From Myxococcales bacterium (lineage in GTDB: Bacteria; Myxococcota_A; Polyangia; Polyangiales; Polyangiaceae), in assembly GCA_043747615.1 (NCBI GenBank), contig JAYTOU010000037.1, forward strand, positions 63,270 to 127,269: a stretch of 64,000 bases of DNA, read 5' to 3'. Within the stretch, counting starts at the first letter, position 1. The number at the start of each line of letters is the position of its first letter. A program made the translations under genes and the position numbers. This document shows, piece after piece, positions 49,351-59,497 of the stretch. Under the pieces are notes generated by a model. The model was not told the origin of the DNA. It saw nothing but the letters and a program-made list of their open reading frames with translations, and did no database searches.

Positions 49351-50043
49351 TCAGGGAATGGGCAGGTCGCTCCGCGGGGTGTACGCATCGTCGCGCGCTT
49401 CGCGGCGCGGATCGGCGAGAGGCGCTTCTCGCCACGTGAGACCGGGCGGCGAAGCATCGAGCCAGTGGAAGCTCTGGTCGCGCGCGTCGAGGTGGACAAA
49501 CTGCGTGCGGGGGTTGGTGTAGATGCCGACACCGGCCCGCGGATACGAGCGCAGGTGCGCGGCGAGCTTTCGCACCTCGACGCCAACGAGCTTGAAATCG
49601 AGCGCCTCGCCGCGCGCGTGGTAGCCGCCCTTGCCACGCTTGAGGGGACGAAACGCGGAGACGATGATCAGCTGGTGGGCGTGAAAATAGGCAGCGGCTT
49701 TCACCGCGAGCTGCATCACGCGCGGACTGAGCGGGCCTGCTCCGTCGGTGGCCACGCGGGCGAAAGTGCTGACCGCCGCCGAGTCGAGCTCGCCGTCGCT
49801 GCCATAGAGACGAAGAACGGCCTCGGCGCCGCTGTTCGCGTTTTTGATCTCGAGAGGCGCGAGCGACTCGGCCCAATCGACTGTGACCTTCGCCGCCCCG
49901 ACGGACGCAGGAACGGCGGCGGCAACCAAGGACGACGCCGGCTCCGCACGGATGACCAGCGGCAAGGGCTCGACCGCCGAGCTCCTCGCGAGGCATCCGG
50001 CCGCGAAGGCAAACGCGACGGGTATGGCTTTGGAAAAGGCCAA
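49351..50043 (-). CDS. YcbK/DUF882 (peptidase M15-like) protein
   Basis: VSAFRP, H-ARGEALD, GVGIY, FVHLD. Confidence 0.82.
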   Translation of the reverse strand: MAFSKAIPVAFAFAAGCLARSSAVEPLPLVIRAEPASSLVAAAVPASVGAAKVTVDWAESLAPLEIKNANSGAEAVLRLYGSDGELDSAAVSTFARVATDGAGPLSPRVMQLAVKAAAYFHAHQLIIVSAFRPLKRGKGGYHARGEALDFKLVGVEVRKLAAHLRSYPRAGVGIYTNPRTQFVHLDARDQSFHWLDASPPGLTWREAPLADPRREARDDAYTPRSDLPIP

Positions 50044-50145
50044 GTGCCAAAGCTAGCACGCGAAACGCAGAGCTTAATCGACCTTCTTTTTGCGCTCTTT
50101 TACGCACAATCCCCGACCACGTGACTTACACGCTATCCTCCGAGC

Positions 50146-51207
50146 GTGCCTCCCCCCGCGCGACCGAAACGCCTCGGGCCGTACGACATCATCGCGAAGA
50201 TCGCTGGCGGAGGAATGGCCACGATCTACCTCGGGCGCGCGCAGGATCGGGATGGCACCGAGCGCGTGGCGGCGGTCAAAGTCTTGCGCGGCGACCTCAG
50301 CGATCAGGACCATGCCCGAAACATGTTCCTCGACGAAGCGAGGATTCTTCTCCGCCTGTCGCACGAGAACATCAGTCGCACGCTCGAATACGGGGAATCG
50401 GAGGGGATGCATTTCATCGCCATGGAGCTGCTCCTTGGCCGAACCCTGATGGACGTATGGGATGCGTGCGAAGCGAGGGGATTGCTCCTTCGCCTCGATC
50501 TGAGCGCATGGATCGGCGCGCGCATCGCAGACGCACTCTTCCACGCCCACCAGCTCACCGATGAGAACGGCGCGTCTCTGCACGTGATCCATCGCGACGT
50601 GAACCCCAGTAATATTTTTCTCACCTACGAGGGCCAGGTGAAGCTCTTCGACTTCGGGCTGGCGAAGGCGCTCGGGCGCCGGGCGGAGAGCTCCGCGGGG
50701 GTCGTGAAAGGGAAGCTGCCTTACCTATCTCCCGAGCAAGTGATGCAGTTTTCCATAGACCACCGGAGCGACATCTACACGCTGGGAACGACGCTTTGGG
50801 AGATGACCACCATGCGCCGGCTGTTCAAGCGCGAGACGGACGTGGAGACGGTGAAGGCTGTGCGCAGCGCGGTGATTCCAGACGCGCGCAAGCTGGTGGA
50901 GAGCTACCCGGAGGACCTCTGGGTCATCGTGAGAAAAGCGCTCGAGCGCAACCGGGAGAACCGCTTCTCGGACGGCGCTGACTTCGCGCGCGCGCTCGAC
51001 ACCTTCGCCGCGAAGACGAAGGGCGAGCCAATGTCTGCCCTGATCGCCCCCATTCTCGAGAGCCTCTTTCCCGGCGACCGCGCACGGCAAATGGGCTGGC
51101 TGCGGAAGACGAGCGCTCTTCCGCGGGACGCCACGCGAGGCACGATTCCTCCGCCCGTGTCGCTGCCTTCTGCGCCGGCGGAACCAGCGCCGCCGTCCAA
51201 GAAGTGA
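50146..51207 (+). CDS. Ser/Thr protein kinase, cytoplasmic
   Basis: GGGMA, AVK, HRDVNPSN, DFG, YLSPE; no TM segment. Confidence 0.95.
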   Translation: MPPPARPKRLGPYDIIAKIAGGGMATIYLGRAQDRDGTERVAAVKVLRGDLSDQDHARNMFLDEARILLRLSHENISRTLEYGESEGMHFIAMELLLGRTLMDVWDACEARGLLLRLDLSAWIGARIADALFHAHQLTDENGASLHVIHRDVNPSNIFLTYEGQVKLFDFGLAKALGRRAESSAGVVKGKLPYLSPEQVMQFSIDHRSDIYTLGTTLWEMTTMRRLFKRETDVETVKAVRSAVIPDARKLVESYPEDLWVIVRKALERNRENRFSDGADFARALDTFAAKTKGEPMSALIAPILESLFPGDRARQMGWLRKTSALPRDATRGTIPPPVSLPSAPAEPAPPSKK

Positions 51208-52985
51208 CGCGCTCGCGGATCGCCGCGGCATGTTCTGCTGCGCTTTTTTCGCTGCAGTTCGTCCTGCTCGATCTCTATTTTCGCGGTGGCGAATCGTTCC
51301 GTCACAACCCGCGCGCCCTCGTGAACGGCGTGGCCAGCGCGGCCCTCTGGTACGTCATGTGGAGCTTTCGCCGACCGAGAGCGGCGCGGATAGCGATTGC
51401 CTTTCTCGGCGCAATTCTGTTCGCCGGCGAGTGGCTCTTCTATCGCTATTACCACGCGACGATCGATCTTCAGGTGGTTGCGAGCGCCCTTCACTCCTGG
51501 AGCGATATCAAGCCGGTGATGGGCCGCATGGTCCCCGGCGCTACGCTTCTTCTGGCGGTCATCGCTTCGGTCGAGATGTTCCTCCTCGCGACGCCCGTGC
51601 GCCGGAGCGAAAAACGCGGAGCTGCCGCCCTCACCTTCGTGATCGCATTCGCGTGCGCCGCACCGATCCGCGATGGAACGCCTGAATTCAGGGAGCTCGA
51701 AGCCGTCCGGCTCGCCTGGGCGCCGCGGGACGCCGAAGCAGCCGCGGTGGCGCACGTGCCCCTTCTTCCCTCGTCGCGTGACGAGCTTCCGAACGTGCTC
51801 ATCGTTCTCACCGAAAGCGTGCGAGCGAGCGACTACTGCTCTGAGCACGTCGAGACGTGCGACGTGGCCCCCGAGGTGAACGCGCTCGTACCCGACCGAG
51901 TGCCACTCCGCGAGCTGCGATCGCTCGCCAGCTATACCGCCGTCGCCGTGTCTGCGCTCATCACCGGAAGGACGCAGGTGGCGTCGCGATCCGACATCGC
52001 GCGGGCGCCGGACGTCTTCGATTTCGTGAGAGCGGTGCGAGCGGGTGCAGCGCGGCCTTACGTGGCGTACCTCTCCGCGCAGTCCGATTCGCTTTTCGAG
52101 CGCAACGACGTGCGAAGCGCCGTCGACTCCTTCGCGACCATCGAAACGCTCGTCGGTCACCCGGTGGAGGACGAAGACACCGTGGTCGATCGCGGGGTCG
52201 ATCGCTTGCTCACCACGCGGTTCCTCGAAGAGCTCCGCACGCTTCCGAAACCGTATTTCATCGTGCTTCATTTTGCCGGCACGCACGCTCCGTATTTCGT
52301 CAACGCGGCCGACGCGCCCTTTCAGCCATGGCAGCGCGAGGCGAGCTGGGCTGGCCTTCCCCGCCTTCGAAACGCCTATAAGAACGCCGTTCACGAGCAG
52401 GACAAGAGCATTGCCGCGTGCGTTCGCGCGTTCATCGCCGTGCAAGGTGATTCCCCCTACCTCACGGTGCTCACGAGCGATCACGGTGAGTCGTTCGGTG
52501 AGCGTGGCGCGATCCATCACGGACAGAACCTCTACGACGAGCAGATTCACGTGCCAGGCTGGGTCGCATTCGGCAACGGCGCCCTCGACCGCGCACAGGA
52601 GGCGCACCTTCGGAGTTACGCCTCGGAGTACGTGACGCATCTCGACCTCTTGCCAACCGTGCTCGACGTGTACGGCGTTCTCGACAGCTTCGGGATCAGC
52701 TCGCAGCGCGCGCAGTTGAAAGGGCGGAGCTGGCTCCGAAGTGTCGCGAAGCTCAGCGCGCCCATCCCGATCACCAACTGCACCGCGATGTTCCCCTGCC
52801 CCGTCAACACGTGGGGTCTGCTCAGCGACACCTACGCGCTCCAAGCCCAGGCGTGGGACGGCGACTGGAACTGCGTGAACCTGAGGACCGGGGCGGAGCA
52901 CGCGAGCGAGGCCGTGTGCGGCGCACTTCGCGATGAGTCATTGGCTTTCTTTCCCGTGCTGCCAAACGGTCGCCCAAACCACTAA
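51204..52985 (+). CDS. Membrane sulfatase-superfamily transferase (EptA/LtaS-like)
   Basis: N-terminal TMs; LTESVRA, YTAVAV, HFAGTHAPY, SDHGES, HHG. Confidence 0.8.
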   Translation: MTRSRIAAACSAALFSLQFVLLDLYFRGGESFRHNPRALVNGVASAALWYVMWSFRRPRAARIAIAFLGAILFAGEWLFYRYYHATIDLQVVASALHSWSDIKPVMGRMVPGATLLLAVIASVEMFLLATPVRRSEKRGAAALTFVIAFACAAPIRDGTPEFRELEAVRLAWAPRDAEAAAVAHVPLLPSSRDELPNVLIVLTESVRASDYCSEHVETCDVAPEVNALVPDRVPLRELRSLASYTAVAVSALITGRTQVASRSDIARAPDVFDFVRAVRAGAARPYVAYLSAQSDSLFERNDVRSAVDSFATIETLVGHPVEDEDTVVDRGVDRLLTTRFLEELRTLPKPYFIVLHFAGTHAPYFVNAADAPFQPWQREASWAGLPRLRNAYKNAVHEQDKSIAACVRAFIAVQGDSPYLTVLTSDHGESFGERGAIHHGQNLYDEQIHVPGWVAFGNGALDRAQEAHLRSYASEYVTHLDLLPTVLDVYGVLDSFGISSQRAQLKGRSWLRSVAKLSAPIPITNCTAMFPCPVNTWGLLSDTYALQAQAWDGDWNCVNLRTGAEHASEAVCGALRDESLAFFPVLPNGRPNH

Positions 52986-52998
52986 GGCCTGGCGCTCC

Positions 52999-53058
52999 CG
53001 TCGTCGACTGCTGCGTCGTCGCCGGCTGCGTCGTCGACTGCTGCGTCGTCGACTGCTG
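52999..53058. repeat. Tandem repeat, 4 x 15 bp
   Basis: CGTCGTCGACTGCTG x3 plus variant CGTCGTCGCCGGCTG as second unit; intergenic. Confidence 0.9.
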
Positions 53059-53114
53059 TAGAGTGCATGCAAACGAACACGGCGTCGTCTTGCTGCTATG
53101 CTTTCCTGTCCATC

Positions 53115-54104
53115 GTGATCCATTCGAAGCCGCCGCCCCCCAACATTCCGAACATGCTCGGCTTGTATGAGGTCGGAGGTGTGCTCGCTGGCGGCGGGAT
53201 GGCAACGATCTACCTCGGTCGTCCGTATGGTTCGCGCGGAGTCCAGCATCTCGTGGCGCTCAAGGTCATCAAGGACGAGTTCGTGCGCGACGTCACCTAC
53301 GTGAACATGTTCTTGGACGAAGCGCGGATCCTCTCGCGCCTCTCCCACCCCAACGTCGTCAAAACGCTCGAATTCGGCATCAGCGGCGATCATCGCTTCA
53401 TTGCCATGGAGCTGCTCGTTGGTCGTCCACTCTCCGATGTGTGGAACGAATGCGAGGATCGCGCGACGCGAATTCCTCCAGCGCTCGCTGCGGGGATCTG
53501 CGCGCGCGTGGGCCGCGGCTTGCACTACGCGCACGACCTCAAGGACGAGAACGGCACCGCGCTCGAAGTCATTCACCGAGACGTGAACCCGACCAACATC
53601 TTCATCACCTACGACGGAGGCGTGAAGCTCATCGACTTCGGGCTCGCCAAATCGGTCGGGCGAAAAGCGAGGAGCGCGGAAGGCATCGTAAAGGGGAAGG
53701 TCCCCTATCTGTCGCCGGAGCAGCTCACGCAATCAAAGATCGATCGCCGCACGGACGTCTACACGCTCGGCGCAACGCTCTGGGAGCTCACGGTCGGCAC
53801 GCGTCTGTTCAAGCGCGACAGCGACGCGGACACCATCAAGGCCATTCTGCGTCGCAACATTCCTGATCCGACCGAGCTGATCGAAGGTTATCCGCCGCAG
53901 CTCTGGAGCATCATCCGCCGCGCTCTCGAGACGAGCCTCGATGCACGCTACCCGACGGCCGCAGCCATGAGCGAGGAAATCGACGCCTTCGTTCAGAAGA
54001 GCGACGAAGAGATCGCGCTCGAGCTGAAGGCATTTCTCGCGGAGCTCTTCCCAGGAGAACGCGAGAGCCAACTGGCCATGTTGCAAAAAGCAACGATGCG
54101 TTGA
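53115..54104 (+). CDS. Ser/Thr protein kinase, cytoplasmic (paralogue of 50146-51207)
   Basis: GGGMA, ALK, HRDVNPTN, DFG, YLSPE; start uncertain (53067, 53115 or 53154). Confidence 0.93.
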   Translation: MIHSKPPPPNIPNMLGLYEVGGVLAGGGMATIYLGRPYGSRGVQHLVALKVIKDEFVRDVTYVNMFLDEARILSRLSHPNVVKTLEFGISGDHRFIAMELLVGRPLSDVWNECEDRATRIPPALAAGICARVGRGLHYAHDLKDENGTALEVIHRDVNPTNIFITYDGGVKLIDFGLAKSVGRKARSAEGIVKGKVPYLSPEQLTQSKIDRRTDVYTLGATLWELTVGTRLFKRDSDADTIKAILRRNIPDPTELIEGYPPQLWSIIRRALETSLDARYPTAAAMSEEIDAFVQKSDEEIALELKAFLAELFPGERESQLAMLQKATMR

Positions 54105-54138
54105 TTTCCGCGGTCCAGGCTCGCTGTCGGATACTGGA

Positions 54139-54981
54139 CTATTTGGAAGAGCAGTTCATGGCGCACATGAGGTTGCCGTGGCACCCGCAGGCGTCGTTTG
54201 CAGCCCCGGCGCTCGGGGCGCTCGGCGCCGCGGCTTTTTTCGAGGCAGACGCTTTTGCGCCGCCGGTACGCTTGCCGCCCTTTTTTACTTTGCCCTTCGA
54301 TGAGTTTGCGGGTTTGGAATCAGAGACGGCCCAAGAGGCAACGACTTCGGGGGCGGGTGTAACGGGGGCGGGCGCGGCAACCTGCACGGGCACGCTCAGG
54401 GCCGCGGTGTGCACGACGGGAGCGGCGGCGGCGAGGACGTCGGCGGATTCGATTTTTTCGCCTCGCAGGCCGAATCCGAGACCGATCATGGCGAGGAGAG
54501 CGACGGCGGCGAAGCCTGCTCCATAGACCTGCGCGCGGCGCGTGTGAGCGGGAGGGGTGTAGCGCACGGACGTCGTGAACGCGCCGAGCGGCGGCTCGCT
54601 GAGGACGGGCGACTTGACGTTGCGCGCGGTGAGCTCGGCGCCGCTCGTCGAGAGCGCGTTCAGATCGATGATGCCGGAGTCTTCTTTCTTCTGAGCCGCC
54701 GCCTTGGAGGATTTGTTGAAGCCGGTGAGGCTGGCGAGCGTGAAGAGGACGGATGTCTCGTTGCGGCCGCCGATGGCCGGCTGATCATCGAGCAGTGAGC
54801 CGAGAGCCGCCCGCGGAGTGGTCGCGTCTGCAGACTCATCTCGCGGCGGAGGCGTGGTTTCCTCCAGAGAGAGGAAGATGCGGGACCCACACGCGCGGCA
54901 GCGGATGCGAACGCTCCGCCCTTGCACCTTCTCGTCGGCGACCTCGTACTGGGATTGGCAGTCTTTGCAGGTAATGATCAC
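54139..54981 (-). CDS. Zinc-ribbon (MJ0042-type) membrane protein
   Basis: ITCKDCQSQYEVADEKV...RCRACG; RNETSVLFTL; DSGIIDL; one TM; Cys-rich tail CGCHGNLMCAMNC. Confidence 0.78.
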   Translation of the reverse strand: MIITCKDCQSQYEVADEKVQGRSVRIRCRACGSRIFLSLEETTPPPRDESADATTPRAALGSLLDDQPAIGGRNETSVLFTLASLTGFNKSSKAAAQKKEDSGIIDLNALSTSGAELTARNVKSPVLSEPPLGAFTTSVRYTPPAHTRRAQVYGAGFAAVALLAMIGLGFGLRGEKIESADVLAAAAPVVHTAALSVPVQVAAPAPVTPAPEVVASWAVSDSKPANSSKGKVKKGGKRTGGAKASASKKAAAPSAPSAGAANDACGCHGNLMCAMNCSSK

Positions 54982-55136
54982 GCTAGGGGTGATTGCAAGA
55001 ATCGTGTCCAGGGCGGCGCGCCGACTTTCCTTGCAATTACAATGGGGTCGCATCCGGCCGCGCGTGCGCATAGTGGGTCCCTGTTGGACCACTTTGCGCC
55101 CCGTTTATCCATCTCGGGAGCGCACCGTTGCCCGGC

Positions 55137-56654
55137 TCACCCGAAGCGTTCGAGCGTTGCCTCGGCGCCTAGGCTCTCTTTGTCACGACCCATGGTGACG
55201 ACGGCGAGCGTTTTTTCACCCGAGCGAAACGTGAGCCTGCAGTCCTTCGACGCGATGCTCCCCTCGACGTCGATGCGATCCCAGTGCTCAGCGTGCCCAA
55301 CGTAGCAGAGCTGGACGTCGTAGTGCTGGCTCCAAAAGAAGGGGACGACGTCACAAGTGACCTCCTGCCCGAGCATGTTCCGCGCGGCGATCTGACCATG
55401 GCGCTGAGCAACCACCCAGTGTTCGACGCGAACGCTCTGCCCGGTGTGGGGATCGGGCCAGCGCGCGATGTCCCCGGCCGCGAAGATGTCCGGTGCGCTC
55501 GTGCGGAGATGCGCATCCACCACCACGCCGCGATCGATCGCGAGGCCCGCTTTCTCCGCCAGCTCAACGGCCGGCTTCACGCCGATGCCGACGACCACCA
55601 GCTCCGCCGGAAGGACCTCTCCGCTTGCCAGGGTGACCCCACGTGCGTCGATGGCCGTCGCGGTCTGTTTCAGGTGAAAGACGACACCGTGCTCCTCGTG
55701 AAGCGCGCGGATGAAGTCACCGACGGCGGGGCCCATCACCTTCTCGAGTGGGCGCTCGTCGGGAGCGACGACGTGCACCTCGATGTTCCGCGCGCGCAGC
55801 GAGGCCGCCACTTCCAGACCGATGAAGCTCGCACCGATCACCACCGCGCGCTTGATTTTTAGGGCGTTGGCGATGATCGCCCGGCTGTCGGAAAGCGTGC
55901 GTAGTACATGCACGTGCGGCAGGTCGCTCCCCGGAATGGCAAGCTTGACGGGCACGGCCCCGGTGGCGAGGAGCAGCTTGTCGAAGGAGTGCGCCTTGCC
56001 TCCCTCGAGAAGGACGCGCTTTGCGGCGACGTCGATCGACGAAGCGCGCGCCCCGAGCACGAGCTCGATGCGCTGCTCTGCGAAGAACTCCATCGGTCGA
56101 AGAGGGATCCACTCCTCGGACGCGCTGCCGGCGAGGTAGTCCTTCGACAGGTTCGGACGATCGACCGGAGGGGCGTCGTCTGCACTGAGCATCGTCAGCG
56201 TTCCGGCGTAGCCCTCTCTGCGGAGCATCTCCGCCGCGGCGTGACCGGCAGCTCCTCCGCCGAGAATGACGATTCGTTGTGGACCGGATGCGGGACTGGT
56301 TTTCTTCGCTGCCTCCTGAGCTTTTCCTATGACGTAGAGCTTCGCCTCACGACGCTCGACGGTCCAGCAGGGGATCGGATTGAGCGCCGGCGCTCGGAGC
56401 GCTTCTCCTGTCTTCAGGCTGAAACACGCGTGGTGCCAGGGGCAGCGGATCGTATCGCCCACGAAGAGACCCTCCGCGAGCGGGCCGCTGTAGTGGGTGC
56501 AGGTCGCGCCAACGGCGAAGATCTCGTCACCGCGCCTCGCGAGAAGGACCGCCTCGCCGTCGGCGTGACCGAGTAGCACGGCTCCATCGCCGAGTTCGGT
56601 GTGGGCGACACCTCGCTTCAAGTCGGGACCCTTCAGCTCGGCAGTTTCGCTCAT
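55137..56654 (-). CDS. Rieske 2Fe-2S + FAD-dependent reductase (AIF-like)
   Basis: CTHY...CPWH; GGGAAG, RPNLSK, GASFIGLE, AAGD, VPFFWS. Confidence 0.93.
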   Translation of the reverse strand: MSETAELKGPDLKRGVAHTELGDGAVLLGHADGEAVLLARRGDEIFAVGATCTHYSGPLAEGLFVGDTIRCPWHHACFSLKTGEALRAPALNPIPCWTVERREAKLYVIGKAQEAAKKTSPASGPQRIVILGGGAAGHAAAEMLRREGYAGTLTMLSADDAPPVDRPNLSKDYLAGSASEEWIPLRPMEFFAEQRIELVLGARASSIDVAAKRVLLEGGKAHSFDKLLLATGAVPVKLAIPGSDLPHVHVLRTLSDSRAIIANALKIKRAVVIGASFIGLEVAASLRARNIEVHVVAPDERPLEKVMGPAVGDFIRALHEEHGVVFHLKQTATAIDARGVTLASGEVLPAELVVVGIGVKPAVELAEKAGLAIDRGVVVDAHLRTSAPDIFAAGDIARWPDPHTGQSVRVEHWVVAQRHGQIAARNMLGQEVTCDVVPFFWSQHYDVQLCYVGHAEHWDRIDVEGSIASKDCRLTFRSGEKTLAVVTMGRDKESLGAEATLERFG

Positions 56655-56714
56655 GTCGACCTCCGCGGACGTGGTTACGTCGTCGGAGGATCCTCCGCAA
56701 GCGGAGAGGTAAGC

Positions 56715-57683
56715 TCAGCTCGACGTTGGCCACCGGAGGAAGAATCGGTCGATGGTGGTGAAGGCGGTCTCTCCTTTTCGGAGGCCCTCGACCTGCGCCG
56801 CGACGCCGCTCTCCGTCACCGTGTAGATCGTGAAATGAAACGGCCGCACCGGTGGTCCGGCGAAGAGATCGTCGAGGTGCCTCCGATCGCGGCCGGTCGC
56901 CAGCTCCGCGCGCGGGCCGCCGCCGCCCCCACTGACCACGAAGGTCCGCGATTGGTGGACGAAGCGCTCGTAGCTGTGGACGTGACCACTGAGCATCGCG
57001 AGAGCTTTTTTTTCGGCGAGCAATGGCGGCACGAAGTCGCGCTGTACGTAGATCTCGTCACCGGTCACCGTGCTGTTGGTGAAGGGCGAGTGGTGCAGGA
57101 GAACGAATGCACCGCGCGCGTCCGGATCGCGGTCGATGGCGCCGAGCGTGTCTGCGTACCAGCGAAGCTGCGTTTGCCACTCCGACGAAGAGAGCACGCC
57201 GATATTGCTGTCCAGGAAGACGAGGCGAAGCGGTCCGTAGGCCACCGTGTACCAGTGCCTTCCGCCAAGGCTCGGGACGTGAGCAAACGCCAGGGTCTCG
57301 CCCTCGCGACCGCCCCAGTACTCGTGGTTGCCGAACGCCGCGACGACGGGAATGCCTGCCTCGCGGATCGGAGTACAGAGCTCGTCGAGGTCCGACCACT
57401 TCTTGGCCGACGATCCGTCGAAGACCAGATCGCCCGTGACGGCGAGAAACGCGGGATGGAGATCGGCGATGGCGCGCACGAGGATCGCACGCTCGGCGTC
57501 GTTCGACTCGCGCCAGAACTCGAGAAGCGATGTGCGCTGGAGATCGCCGACCACCACGAAGCGGTCCCCGTAGCGAAAGGGCGGAAGCGTTGCTGCAAAC
57601 GGGCGCGGGGGGGCCGCCGACGCGCACGCCGTGAGGAGGACGGCCGCAATGATCCCGAGCGAACCTGCCGCGCTGACGCTCAC
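56715..57683 (-). CDS. Exported calcineurin-like metallophosphoesterase
   Basis: LTAC lipobox; GDLQ, TGDLV, GNHE, HH, GHVHSYER. Confidence 0.9.
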   Translation of the reverse strand: MSVSAAGSLGIIAAVLLTACASAAPPRPFAATLPPFRYGDRFVVVGDLQRTSLLEFWRESNDAERAILVRAIADLHPAFLAVTGDLVFDGSSAKKWSDLDELCTPIREAGIPVVAAFGNHEYWGGREGETLAFAHVPSLGGRHWYTVAYGPLRLVFLDSNIGVLSSSEWQTQLRWYADTLGAIDRDPDARGAFVLLHHSPFTNSTVTGDEIYVQRDFVPPLLAEKKALAMLSGHVHSYERFVHQSRTFVVSGGGGGPRAELATGRDRRHLDDLFAGPPVRPFHFTIYTVTESGVAAQVEGLRKGETAFTTIDRFFLRWPTSS

Positions 57684-57766
57684 GGTGTGCGACGATACAC
57701 GCTAGCCGCATGAAAATCGTCGCCGGGGGTTCCCACCAAACGCGACTCGGGAGTTAACCGGGACAC

Positions 57767-59497
57767 ATGGCTTCCTGCGCTTCTTCTCGCTTCCTTCGAT
57801 TTGCCCGTTTTCTCGGCGCGATCGCCATTTTTCTGACCCTTGGCGCGGTCTCGGCCCACGCCGAGCCCCCGGCCGTTGCCGCCGCCCCTCACCCTTTTGC
57901 GTACGCTATTCTCGTCGGGAGCAACGTGGGCGGCGCCGGCCAGGAGCCCCTTCGTTACGCCGAGGACGATGCGCGTCACGTGGCGAGCGTGCTCAAGGAG
58001 CTCGGGCGTTACGGAGCGAGCGATCTGCGCGTCCTCGTGAGACCGGATGCAGCACACGTCCTGTCGACCATCGACGACGTCGGCGCGCGCCTTCGACAGC
58101 ACCAAGAGCGGGGCGAGCAAGCGCTGGTCGTCTTCTATTACTCAGGGCATGCCCGGGCGAACGCGATCAGCTTGGGGAGCGAGGAGCTTCCGCTGGCGAC
58201 CCTCCGTGAACGCCTGCGTGCGCTTCCGAGCGCGCTCACGATCGTCATCCTCGATGCCTGCCAGAGCGGCTCCTTTGCGCGGATCAAGGGGGCGGAGCCC
58301 GCGGCAGAATTTTCGTTCAACTCGGTGTCGCGACTCACCACCAAGGGCATCGCGGTGATGGCATCGAGCACCGCGCAGGAGCTGAGTCAGGAATCCGACG
58401 AGCTGAAATCGTCTTATTTTACCCACCATTTGGTGGTCGCTCTGCGCGGCGCGGGCGACGCCGATGGGGACGGTCGGGTCTCGCTCGACGAGGCGTACCG
58501 CTATGCGTACAGGCGTACGCTGGCCTCGACTTCGCGCACGAAGGTCGGCGGGCAGCACGTCACGTTGGAGACGGACCTCGTTGGGCAAGGCGAAGTGGCC
58601 GTGACGTATCCGGCCGAAGCGCGCTCGCAGCTCGAGCTCCCCGGTGGGCTCGACGCCCGGGTCCTCGTGCAGCATCGGCCAAGCGGAAGCATCGTCGCTG
58701 AAATTCAGAAAGCACCCGGCGCGTCGGTTCGTCTGGCGTTCGTCGCCGGCTCGTACGTCGCTGTCGTTCGTATGCGCACGGGCATCGTTCAATGCTCCGT
58801 CTCCCTCGAAGACGACCGGGTGACTCCGCTCGAGGTCTCGGGATGCACGCCGGTTGCCGCCGACTCGGTGAAGACCAAGGGTGACGATCTCGATGCTGTG
58901 CGAGAGATCGATCGCTGGCGCCTCGAATTCGGCGCGGGTGCCATCTGGCGCACGACGGACGCCTACACGGACCGGCTACAGGAGTTCAGCTACCTCCGGA
59001 AAAAGGTGGTCTTCGATCTTCCGAGCGGTCGCCTTTCGGTCGGCGTCTCGCGTTCCCTCGCCAAGCACATTTCAGGCGTTTTTCAGCTCAATACGCTGGC
59101 GGGTGACACGTACGACCGTTCGCTCGGCGGAGGGAGCGGGGCCGACACGGTGAGCTTCGACGGCTACGGCGGCGCGCTCTACGTTCGCGCGTCGAGCGAC
59201 ATCGCTGGGCACTTGTTCGGCGTCTATGCGCAAGCGGGCGGAGGACTCTCCGTCGGGGTCGCCAAGCTCCAGACCGCGGCGACGTCCGGGCCCACGCACT
59301 CCACCGATGTCTTCTACGGCTACGTGCTCGCCGGAGCCGCGGGGATCACGCTCACCATGCCGCGCAACTTCGGTTTTTTCACGCAGGTTGGCTACGACAA
59401 GGCCCCCGCCATCAAGAACTTGATCGGCGACACGCACGACAGCGGTGGCGCCTCGCTCGTCTTTGGATTTCGCCTTCGCTTGGGAGATGACAAATGA
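57767..59497 (+). CDS. Exported caspase-family (C14) protease with C-terminal beta-barrel
   Basis: Signal peptide (AHA-E); LRYAEDDA, YYSGHA (His), ILDACQSG (Cys), SQES, DADGDGRVSLDEAY; barrel-like tail ending GFRLRL. Confidence 0.88.
   Translation: MASCASSRFLRFARFLGAIAIFLTLGAVSAHAEPPAVAAAPHPFAYAILVGSNVGGAGQEPLRYAEDDARHVASVLKELGRYGASDLRVLVRPDAAHVLSTIDDVGARLRQHQERGEQALVVFYYSGHARANAISLGSEELPLATLRERLRALPSALTIVILDACQSGSFARIKGAEPAAEFSFNSVSRLTTKGIAVMASSTAQELSQESDELKSSYFTHHLVVALRGAGDADGDGRVSLDEAYRYAYRRTLASTSRTKVGGQHVTLETDLVGQGEVAVTYPAEARSQLELPGGLDARVLVQHRPSGSIVAEIQKAPGASVRLAFVAGSYVAVVRMRTGIVQCSVSLEDDRVTPLEVSGCTPVAADSVKTKGDDLDAVREIDRWRLEFGAGAIWRTTDAYTDRLQEFSYLRKKVVFDLPSGRLSVGVSRSLAKHISGVFQLNTLAGDTYDRSLGGGSGADTVSFDGYGGALYVRASSDIAGHLFGVYAQAGGGLSVGVAKLQTAATSGPTHSTDVFYGYVLAGAAGITLTMPRNFGFFTQVGYDKAPAIKNLIGDTHDSGGASLVFGFRLRLGDDK

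Noticed and set aside
50904..52901. 665-aa minus-strand ORF
   Set aside because: Antisense shadow of the motif-bearing transferase gene; typical of high-GC codon bias
52999..53058. Possible CRISPR array
   Set aside because: Units are 15 bp and directly adjacent, with no spacers and no cas genes
54994..55009. Sigma-54-like site GGACACGATTCTTGCA before the zinc-ribbon gene
   Set aside because: The -24 position reads GA rather than the near-invariant GG; too weak to call
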